A stretch of DNA of 38,585 bases from Macrostomum lignano (Eukaryota), in contig NIVC01002373.1 in assembly GCA_002269645.1 (NCBI GenBank), positions 141,106 through 179,690 of the forward strand. The letters are read 5' to 3'. The first letter of the stretch is position 1, and each line of letters begins with the position of its first letter. The notes under the pieces are model-generated. The model was not told where the DNA came from and did not search any database. It worked only from the letters and a program-made list of their open reading frames with translations. Below are positions 21,099 through 31,069 of the stretch, one piece after another. The position numbers and the translations under genes are program-made.

Positions 21099-21417
21099 TC
21101 AGGACAGCAGCTGCACGAACTGGCTCATGTCGAACTCCTCCTCGTAGTCCACAGTCAGCTCAGCCTCCGCAGCTGACGCGCCCGAAGCTGAAGCTGCCGA
21201 CATCGAGCTGAGCACCGAGCCCAGCGTCTTGGACATCGCCTGCTTGGCTCTCTGCCTGGAGGCCGAGTCCCTGCTGTCTGCCGCCGACTTGCCTGAAGCT
21301 GCTGAGCCGGAGGAGAACTCGAACAGGTCCAGCAGCTGCTCGGTGCCGAGCGACTCCACGCTGGCGTTGTCTGCATTCACCACCGAGTTGGCCACTGCCG
21401 TCTTGAACTTCTGGTAC
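21099..21417 (-). CDS. BTAF1: BTAF1 terminal exon
   Basis: ccctgcag acceptor at 21419-21418; [13 protein letters not shown]...EQLLDLF...[15 protein letters not shown]. Confidence 0.93.
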
Positions 21418-24400
21418 CTGCAGGGGGCGGGTGGCAGTGCTGCTGGCACTGGGAATCCTCGGGCTGGGGTGCTGGATTCTCAGCACCGAAGAAATCCCCA
21501 CAGCTTTCCTCAAATCCCCACAGCATCCCTCAAATCCCCACAGTATCCCTCAAATCCCCACAGTATCCCTCTAATCCCCGAAACAACTTGGAAGTATTCC
21601 GAAATTTCATAAAGCACCGTAGAAATTCTCAGGCCAGAGTCTCATCATCAGAGCTGGCCTAACAACCCAGAACTCTAGCAACCAAGAACCATCCACCGTA
21701 GCAATCCATAAGTTCTCCTGGAAACAATCCCTTAGCAACCCAGAACTTCCCATGACAACCCCAGAATTCCTTCTAGAATTCCAGAACACCCATAGCAACT
21801 CAGAACATACCCTAGCAACCAGAACTACCCCTAGCAACCACCGTATCAACCAAGAGCCAGAACTCCCCCTTGGCAACCACCGTATCAACCAAGAGCCAGA
21901 AATCCCCCTAGCAACCACCGTATCAACCAAGAGCCGGAACTCCCCCTAGCAACCACCATAGCAACCAAGAGCCAGAACTTCCCAGAAACCCCCAGCAACC
22001 CAGAACCCCCCAGTCCACGCACTTCATGATCTTCTCCTCGATGGTGTCCCTGGTGAGCAGTCTGTAGACGCTCACAGCCCGAGTCTGTCCGATCCGATGC
22101 GCCCTGTCCATGGCCTGCAGATCCCGCATGGGGTTCCAGTCGTGATCAACAAAGATCACGGTGTCAGCGCCAGTCAGGTTCAGACCGAGGCCCCCAACAG
22201 AGGTTGTCAATAGCAACGCATCGATGCTGGGGTCGGAGTTGAACTTCTGCACCAGACTGTGTCGGTCAGCGGCTGGCACCGAGCCGTCCAGCCGCAGGTG
22301 CTGCATGTCGCTGTCCTTGAAGACCAGCTTCTCAACGAGGTCCAGAGTGGCTTTGGTCTGAGCGAAGAGCAGCACTCGGTGCTGACTCACCACGCCCAGC
22401 CGGCTGTCTCCCGTGATCCCAATGTCTGACAGCAGCTGGCGCAGTGCCAGGAACTTTCCAGAGTTTTCCACGGTGGCCACGTTCTTGTGCTGCTGCTGCT
22501 GCTGGGGACTCGAACCAAGGACCAAGGCTGGGTGATTGCAGATCTTGCGCAGGAAGTGCAGCGCCTGCGGTTTCAAATGGGGATATTGGGGATCAGAGTG
22601 GCAGCTTGAGCACGCGAAGGGATACACTCAGGATTGAGTGTCCGGTCCCTCAGATTGAGTGTACGATCCCTCAGATTGAGTGTCCGGTCCCTCAGAATGA
22701 GTGTCCGGTCTCTCAGATTGTGTCAGGTCCCTCAGATTGAGTGTACGATCCCTCAGATTGAGTGTCCGGTCCCTCAGATTGAGTGTCCGATCTCTCAGAT
22801 TGAGTGTACGATCCCTCAGAATAAGTGTACGATCCCACAGATTGAGTGTACGATCCCTCAGATTGAGTGTCCGGTCTCTTAGATTGAGTGTCCGATCTCT
22901 TAGATTGAGTGTCCGGTCCCTCAGATTGAGTGTCCGGTTCCCTCAGATTGAGTGTCTCAGATTGAATGTCCGATCTCTCAGATTGAGTGTCTCAGATTGA
23001 GTGTCTCAGATTGAGTGTCCGGTCCCTTAGATTGAGTGTACGATCCCTCAGAATGAGTGTACAATCCCTCAGATTGAGTGTACGATCCCTCAGATTGAGT
23101 GTCCGGTCTCTTAGATTGAGTGTCCGATCTCTCAGATTGAGTGTCCGGTCCCTCAGATTGAGTGTCCGGTTCCCTCAGATTGAGTGTCTCAGATTGAGTT
23201 TCCGGTCACTCAGATTGAGTGTCCGGTCCCTCAGATTAAGTGTCCGGTTCCCTCAGATTGAGTGTCTCAGATTGAGTTTCCGGTCACTCAGATTGAGTGT
23301 CCGGTCCCTCAGATTGAGTGTCCGGTTCCCTCAGATTGAGTGTCTCAGATTGAGTTTCCGGTCACTCAGATTGAGTGTCCGGTCCCTCAGATTGAGTGTC
23401 CGGTTCCCTCAGATTGAGTGTCCTATCTCTTAGATTTTGTGGCCGATCTCTCAGATTGAGTGTCCAGTCCCTCAGATTGAGTGTCCGGTCTCTCAGATTG
23501 AGTGTCCGATCTCTCAGATTGAGTGTCCGGTCCCTCAGATTGAGTGTCCGGTTCCCTCAGATTGAATGTCCTATCTCTTAGATTTTGTGGCCGATCTCTC
23601 AGATTGAGTGTCCGGTCCCTCAGATTGAGTGTCTCAGATTGAGTGTCCGGTCCCTCCGATTGAGTGTCCGGTCTCTCAGATTGAGTGTCCAATCTCTCAG
23701 ATTGAGTGTCCAATCTCTCAGATTGAGTGTCCAATCTCTCAGATTGAGTGTCCGGTCCCTCAGATTGAGTGTCCGGTTCCCTCAGATTGAGTGTCCTATC
23801 TCTTAGATTTTGTGGCCGATCTCTCAGATTGAGTGTCCGGTCCCTCAGATTGAGTGTCTCAGATTGAGTGTCCGTCTTTCAGATTGAGTGTCTGATCTCT
23901 CAGATTGAGTGTCCGATCCCTCAGATTGAGTGTCCGATCCCTCAGATTGAGTGTCCGGTCTCTCAGATCGAGTGTCCGGTCTCTCAGATCGAGTGTCCGG
24001 TCCCTCAGATTGAGTGTCCGATCGCTAAGATTGAGTGTCCGATCTCACCCCAGGTGTTACTCATCACTCACCTGGAAGATGTGCTGGCGGTTGTCACCAG
24101 AGTCTGAGTCACCGGTGCCCAGGTGGCTGTTGCGGCAAAACTTCTCATACAACTGGGCCTGCGGTGTCGAGATGGGGTGGGTGGGACTGCGATGAAAAGA
24201 TGGGAATTCAGGTTTGGATGTGATGCTGGAAGGTGCATCCCTACAAAGTCAAATATTCAAATAGTGACTAGAACAGATGAAAAATGATTAGAACAGGTAA
24301 AAGGCTATTTAACAAGTACAATTTAATTCCAACAGGAAATGTCAATTTTAACAGGTAATATGCGACTCAAACCGGTAATATGTGACTCAAAACCGTAATG

Positions 24401-27400
24401 TGTGACTCAAACCGGTAATATGCGACTCAAACCGGTAATATGCGACTCAAACCGGTAATATGTGACTCAAACCGGTAATATGCGACTCAAACCGGTAATA
24501 TGCGACTCAAACCGGTAATATGTGACTCAAACCGGTAATGTGTGACTCAAACAGGTAATATGCGACTCAAACCAGTAATATGCGACTCAAACCGGTAATA
24601 TGTGACTCAAACCAGTAATATGCGACTCAAACCGGTAATATGTGACTCAAACCGGTAATGTGTGACTCAAACCGGTAATATGCGACTCAAACCGGTTATA
24701 TGTGACTCAATTGGTAATATGTGACTCAAATCGGTAATAAGTGACCTAAACCGGTAAAAAGCAATTAAAACCAGCGTCAGTCTCACCTGCAGAGGACTCA
24801 GCTGGCAGTAATAATCCTGACAAATCTTCGGTGGCAGGTCCCTCAGCACGTCCTCCTTGAGCCGCCTGAGCATAAACGGCAGAGTCTGTCTGTGAAGAGC
24901 CTCCAAAGCGAGGGTGCCCTTGGTCTGGTCCTCAGTGCCAGCCTTCACATCCCTGGAGCCCTGGATTGGCTTGGCAAAGGCGGTGGAGAACTCTGACTCG
25001 GTGCCCAGGTAGCCGGGCATCAGGAAGTCGAAGATGGCCCACAGCTCGTGAACTCCGTTCTGAATTGGGGTGCCCGTCAGCACGAGACGGTGCTGGCATC
25101 TCAGTGACTTCACGGCGAGACTGAGCTGCAGGGGGGGGGGGGGTGAGGGTGGCTGAGTGAGCTGCAGAGGTGGTTGAGGGTGGCTGAGTGAGCTGCAGAG
25201 GTGGCTGAGGGTGGCTGAGTGAGCTGCAGTGTCGGGTGAGGGTGGCTGAGTGAGCTGCAGAGGTGGCCGAGTGAGCTGCAGAGTGCAGAGATGGCTGAGT
25301 GAGCTGCAGAGGTGGCTGAGTGAGCTGCAGAGGTGGCTGAGTGAGCTTCAGAGGTGGCTGAGTGATCTGGGCATCACAAAGAATGGGTCAACAATTATTT
25401 CTGATTATTTGAGTCAGTTTTCATGCATTATCGATTTCCATAATGTAAGTATAAACTTCTGCTGAAAATTAAAGCGTAAAAGTGCTAAGTTTACTACTGA
25501 ATCGCATTGAACAAGTAAGTAGCAAGTAACAAACCTTAGATTTAGGATTTTTTATTATGTGACCTTCGTCCAAAATGCAGTAATTCCACGCGACCTCCCT
25601 GCAATGAGCGTCGGTTTGAGGTCGATGGATGCGAAACCTTTGTGATGACGGGGCACAACCTTTATTATGGCCCAGCAACTGAGGATCTGGGAGGCTGGCC
25701 CAGCAACTGAGGATCTAGGAGGCTGACCCAGCAACTGAGGATCTGGGAAGCTGGCCCAGCAACTGAGGATCTGGGAGGCTGGCCCAGCAACTAAGGATCT
25801 GGGAAGCTGGCCCAGCAACTGAGGATCTGGGAGGCTTCCCAGCAACTGAGGATCTGGGAAGCTGGCCCAGCAACTGAGGATCTGGGAAGCTGGCCCAGCA
25901 ACTGAGGATCTCGGAGGCTTCCCAGCAACTCAGGATCTGGGAAGCTGGCCCAGCAACTGACACTTTGGGAGGCTGGCCCAGCAACTGAGGATATGGGAGC
26001 TGTCTTACCCAAACAACTCAGCGTCCTTCCGCACAGCGTCAAAGGAGGTGATCAGGATGGTGCAGCCCGACTTCTCCGGCGACCTTTTGTGCGTTTTAAC
26101 AAATTTTTCAATCAGTGCCCGACGCGTCTGCCGGTTGCCATTGACAACCAGCGGCTGGGCGGCGTCGTCGCTGATGAACTTCTCCATCTCGTACTGCCAG
26201 TGGCCGGTGAGGGTGGCCGGGCACACCACCAGGGAGGGCAGCGGCCGGTCCGCCGCTTTGTTGCTGGCCTGGGGGCAGAAGGGGGCAGATATGGGACAAT
26301 GGTGAGCGGATTGGGGAGCAGATTACCTGATGGCTGATGCTTCAATTAGAATCCACGAATCCCATTAACTGCTATTTCAAATGAATAATATCCTCAAGGA
26401 GAACCCTATTCAATAGAATCTCATCGCCCGATAAAAATCTTACGACCCAGAATCCCATCACTCACAATCTCATCACCCAAAATCCCATGACTCAAAATCT
26501 CACAACTCAGAATCCCATTGTTCATCACTCAGAATCCCACAACCCAGAATCCTATCTTTAAAATTCAATTACCAAGAATCTCATCACTTAGAATCCCATT
26601 CCCATCACCCCATCAATCAGAAACCTACTCCCAACCATCGCATTCCCCATGTATCATCCCATTCCCCATCACTCGATTCACTCAGAATCCCATTCCTCAT
26701 CATCAAAGTCCCCATCGCCCCATTCACCCAGAATCCCATTCCTCATCCTCCTATCACCCAGATTCCCAATACTCATCACCCAGAATCCCTTTCTCCATCA
26801 CCCAGAATCCCCTTCTCCATCACTTAGAATCCCCTTCTCCATCACCCAGAATCCCCTTTTTCCATCACTCAGAATCCCATTCCTCGTCACTCCATCACCC
26901 AGAATCCCATTATCCATCACCCCACCCCAGCATCCCACGCACCTGGAAGCAATCCAGCCTCTCCCGGTGCTCCCCAGCCAGGGCGCAGATGGTCATGAGC
27001 GTCTTGCCCAGCCCCAGGTCGTCAGCCAAGACGCCGTTCAGTCCGTAGCGCCGCAGGAACACCAGCCAGTTGACGCCCTCCTGCTGATAGGATCGCAGCT
27101 GCGCTTTCACGGCCACCGGCGCGGAGTAGGCAGCGGCTCTGCTCGGGTGGAGCAGACAGTCGATGAAGCCTCGCTCAGCATCCCGCCTAGCAACCAGCTC
27201 CGGAGTGAGGGCAGCACTGGCGCCACTTTTAGTCGCTTCCAACGGCAGCAGGCGAAGCAGACGGCCGAACGTCTTGGCCGAGGCGGACCGGACACTGGCG
27301 TTCTGGTCGGACATGCGGCCGAGACAAGGCAGCAGCAGCAGAGCCAGGTAGGGCAGGATGAGCAGTTCCAGATCCCTGACTAGGATGAAGCTGAGCTCAG

Positions 27401-29458
27401 CTGCTCCCAGTCTGCAGGCCGGCTCCGAGTGGCTCAGCCAATCCAGACACAGCTGTACACCCGGGCTGCGCGCCTCCTCGCTGCGTCGGCACCAGGCGGA
27501 CACCAGCCGGGCGGCGGCGTGTCGGAGGCGGGGATCGGCGCTGGACAGGGGGCCGGGGTGGCGGCGGCAGAGGGGCAGAAGGACGGAGGACAGCTGCGGG
27601 ATTTGGGTGAATGAGTGGGGATTTGGGTGAATGAATGGGGATTTGGGTGAATGAGTGGGGATTTGGGTGAATGAATGGGGATTTGGGTGAATGAGTGGGG
27701 ATTTGGGTGAATGAGTGGGGATTTGGGTGAATAAATAGGGATTTGGGTGAATAAATGGGGATTTGGGTGAATAAATGGGGATTTGGGTGAATAAATGGGG
27801 ATTTAGGTGAGTAAATGGGGATTTGGGTGAATGAATGGGATTTGGGTGAATGAATGGGGATTTGGGTGAATGAATGGGATTTGGGTGAATAAATGGGGAT
27901 TTGGGTAAATGAATATGGCGATTTGGGTGAATGAATGGGGATTTGGGTGAATGAATGGGGCGATTTGGTAAACTAAGAATACGATCATATGATATTGGTA
28001 AACGGGTTGGGTGTATGGACACTTAATTGAAAAACGGTCAAATTTAGTCGAGGCCAGCTGTGTTCACCTGGTCGAAGGCGCCGCTGTCCAGATGATCGCA
28101 GCAGATCTCCAGGGCCATCAGGGAGGTCAGCAGAGAGGAGACGCCCGCGGAGTCCAGCGAATCTGCGGCATGAAATTCGGGTTCAGAGCGAATATTTTTA
28201 TTTCTATTTTAAAATATACAATAAAACGCATTTTTTACTGCAAGTAGCAAGTAGGTAATTTTAGCAGTATTTTATAGTGCAGTGGCCCTCACCAAAATCG
28301 GCCAGGGCTGCGGCCGGAAAGTCGAGCAGCAGCCGCCACAGCGCCGGCAGCCCGGTGGCCAGGCGGTGGCCGAAAAGACGGCAGACCGCCTGGAAGGCCA
28401 GCTGGCCGCCTCGGGTCTCCAGCGGGACTGCTTCGGGCTGATGCTGCTGCATAGTTGCTATGGCAACAATTTCTTCCTTAGCAACGGTGGGCAAGGCGGT
28501 GTCAGCGCGCAGATAGGCGGAAAGATTCTTGATGATCTTGTCGGCCACGGCCTCTCCGGACGGCTTGGCGGACAGCAGCAGCAGTGCCTGGGCGAGGGCG
28601 TCTGCAGACAGGCGCTGGGGAGGCGAATTCGATGCTGGGGAAGGGTAATTCGGTGCTGGGGGAGGGGAATTCGATGCTGGGGGAGGGGAATTCTGTGCTG
28701 GGGGAGGGGAATTCTGTGCTGGGGGAGGGGAATTCGATGCTGGGGGAGGGGAATTTAATGCTGGGGGAGGGGACTTCGATGCTGGGGGAGGGGAATTTGA
28801 TACTGGGGGAGGGGAATTCGATGCTGGGGGAGGGGAATTTGATACTGGGGGAGGGGAATTCGATGCTGGGGGAGGGGAATTCGATGCTGGGGGAGGGGAA
28901 TTCGGTGCTGGGGGAGGGGAATTCGGTGCTGGGGGAGGGAAATTTAGTGCTATGGGAGGGAAATTCGGTGCTGGGAGGAGGAGGAGTATTATTTAGTTTA
29001 CTATGCCTATTATCTATCAGTATATTATCTAGTAGTAGGCTGAGGCCCACGCCCACACAGAGCAGGGAGTACAGTGGCCACCCCCTAAAGTTCACAGGTT
29101 TGCGGGATTGCTAAAAATAACTTCAACGAACACTTTAATACCTCTATTATAAGACTTTACTTTTATCCGACTACGATATGCCACTATTTTTTTCTAATAA
29201 ACCTTTCCTGAATATAACTGATGAGCTTGAAATTCATCGGCAAAATCCAATGTAATGTTGGTTTTAAAGTTTTTATTTCTCCAGTTATGATTAAGCGTGA
29301 AACTGTATTTATACGATAGCTGGCTGGCGTTCGCTACCTGCAGCCTGGCGTTCTCCTCAGCTCTGAGGCTGTCCATGAGCGGCTTGATCACCGGACTGAC
29401 TCGGTCTGGGAGGTCTGCCACCAGCAGGCATAGGGCCGCTGCAAGGCTGGACTGCACC
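21099..29458 (-). CDS. BTAF1: BTAF1/Mot1 TBP-associated SNF2-family ATPase, 3' half (10 exons, about 932 aa visible; 5' exons lie beyond the window)
   Basis: Exons 29458-29338, 28614-28293, 28162-28068, 27593-26943, 26268-26009, 25598-25535, 25125-24787, 24158-24072, 22564-22023 and 21417-21099. All are flanked by AG/GT with matching phases and splice into one open frame. Motifs include [33 protein letters not shown], the Mot1-typical Walker [46 protein letters not shown] and EKIMKYQKFK. Confidence 0.97.
21490..22015. repeat. Intronic degenerate repeats (units of about 20 bp and 39 bp), G-rich on the BTAF1 sense strand
   Basis: cctcaaatccccacagtat (about 3 copies) and ccccctagcaaccaccgtatcaaccaagagccagaact (about 3-4 copies). 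Confidence 0.85.
22023..22564 (-). CDS. BTAF1: BTAF1 exon (helicase C-terminal lobe)
   Basis: [12 protein letters not shown]...RLDGSV...[33 protein letters not shown]; acceptor aaaccgcag, donor AA|gtgcgt. Confidence 0.96.
22628..24047. repeat. Intronic 21-bp minisatellite, about 1.4 kb
   Basis: Unit ctcagattgagtgtccggtcc with 14-bp and 22-bp variants; source of the (LRLSVRS)n and (QIECPVP)n ORFs. Confidence 0.97.
24072..24158 (-). CDS. BTAF1: BTAF1 exon (absent from the ORF track)
   Basis: accgcag|[29 protein letters not shown]|gtgagt, phase 0 at both ends; links SPLQ to ALHFLRK. Confidence 0.9.
24350..24755. repeat. Intronic 20-bp minisatellite, about 20 copies
   Basis: Unit accggtaatatgcgactcaa. 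Confidence 0.96.
24787..25125 (-). CDS. BTAF1: BTAF1 exon (SNF2_N motifs III onward)
   Basis: [23 protein letters not shown]...[28 protein letters not shown]|gtgaga. Confidence 0.96.
25121..25365. repeat. Intronic 21-bp minisatellite overlapping the 3' splice site
   Basis: Unit gagctgcagaggtggctgagt. Confidence 0.93.
25535..25598 (-). CDS. BTAF1: BTAF1 exon (Walker B)
   Basis: cattgcag|[22 protein letters not shown]|gtttgt. Confidence 0.94.
25669..25995. repeat. Intronic 28-bp minisatellite, about 11 copies
   Basis: Unit cccagcaactgaggatctgggaagctgg. Confidence 0.95.
26009..26268 (-). CDS. BTAF1: BTAF1 exon (motif Ia)
   Basis: ccccag|[31 protein letters not shown]...[17 protein letters not shown]|gtaaga. 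Confidence 0.94.
26440..26935. repeat. Intronic degenerate repeat of about 20 bp, G-rich on the BTAF1 sense strand
   Basis: Recurrent catcacccagaatccc. Confidence 0.85.
26943..27593 (-). CDS. BTAF1: BTAF1 exon (HEAT repeats into Walker A)
   Basis: LSSVLL...RHAAARLV...RLGAAE...[25 protein letters not shown]...[12 protein letters not shown]...[13 protein letters not shown]; acceptor cccgcag, donor CAG|gtgcgt. Confidence 0.96.
27598..27965. repeat. Intronic 20-bp minisatellite abutting the 3' splice site, about 18 copies
   Basis: Unit atttgggtgaatgaatgggg. Confidence 0.95.
28068..28162 (-). CDS. BTAF1: BTAF1 exon (absent from the ORF track)
   Basis: gccgcag|(D)[31 protein letters not shown]|gtgaac; phases fit both neighbours. 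Confidence 0.88.
28293..28614 (-). CDS. BTAF1: BTAF1 exon (HEAT region)
   Basis: ccccag|[14 protein letters not shown]...DKIIKNL...TRGGQLAF...LPALW...DF-G|gtgagg. Confidence 0.92.
28615..28980. repeat. Intronic 21-bp minisatellite abutting the 3' splice site, about 17 copies
   Basis: Unit gctgggggaggggaattcgat. Confidence 0.95.
29338..29458 (-). CDS. BTAF1: BTAF1 exon (most 5' exon visible)
   Basis: attacag|[41 protein letters not shown]|gtagcg, matching the recalled BTAF1 LPEKLNPIIKPLMETIKKEEN. Confidence 0.92.
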
Positions 29459-29489
29459 CTGTAATTGGGGAGGGGATTGATGGCAATTT

Positions 29490-29995
<506 letters not shown>

Positions 29996-31069
29996 CTTAC
30001 GACTGTCTGTGTGTTTAGCGGGACCTGAGTTATGTTAATGCGTTACGTGGACCACGCAATTTCGGTTGAAAAATAGAGTCTGTTTTGACAACGCGAAAGG
30101 CTAGCTAGGGTTATCTTTTTGTTAACTTGACGGAATAGCCAGTTCGGGGAAACTGTGGTGGTTCACTAACTACGTTTTGGGGACCGGGTTAGGTGGACCG
30201 CAAAAAAACAGTTGGTTTAGTTAGACCTCTTTCGTTGTAGAAAATTTATTGCTTTAAACTGTTCTTTTGAACTAATTAAAACAGAAATTCTCAAAAAGAA
30301 CAGATAAAAGGGTTACGACGTCATTTAATGAAAATATCCCAAGTTCAAACCAATTTATTTAGCATTATTAATCGGGTTAATCGGGTTAAACAAATGTACG
30401 ATCGCATTAGTTAGTTGCGTCGCGTGAATACAAGAAGGTGAATGAAAATAAAGCAGTTTGAAAATAAATACCGAATCATATCAAATACTAACTGTAAACT
30501 CATTAAAACTAATTTAGGTCAAAATGTATGCTTCAAATACATGTTAACAAACGTAAGATTCCATTAGTTAAAAAAGGTCATCCGAGTACGAGCCTACAAG
30601 AAGTTGAAGGGCATTTTTAATAACGACAAAAGTTACTAAAACTGAAATTAAATTGATTTGACTACATCAGTCCTATTATACTGAATGAGTTGGTGAGCAA
30701 TCATATGATAAGCCAATCATTTTACCGACTTTCATCTTTTCGTTCACGCAGATGATGGCTTAATCTTCTTATTTTTTCTACGAAATATTCTCCTGGACCT
30801 TCCCTGCCTCCGTGGTCCGGGACCGCTTCTGTTATTGATCTGTCATTGCCTCTCTCACGAATTTCAGCTTACTCAGCCATCGAATCCGCTTTCGTCAGCT
30901 CAGCTCTATGATGAACCTTTCTATATTTCTCGTCAATTAGTGGTTTGAATCTTCTTTTACAGTTCGTTTTAACCTTCATCTCGGTGAAATGCAGTCAGTC
31001 TCGTCGAGCTCAGGCGAACAAAATCAACCACAGGCTCCTACAAAGGTAGAAAATAAAATTAACTGACAA

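Noticed and set aside
22444-24223. Multiple (LRLSVRS)n and (QIECP)n ORFs
   Set aside because: Translations of the intronic 21-bp minisatellite.
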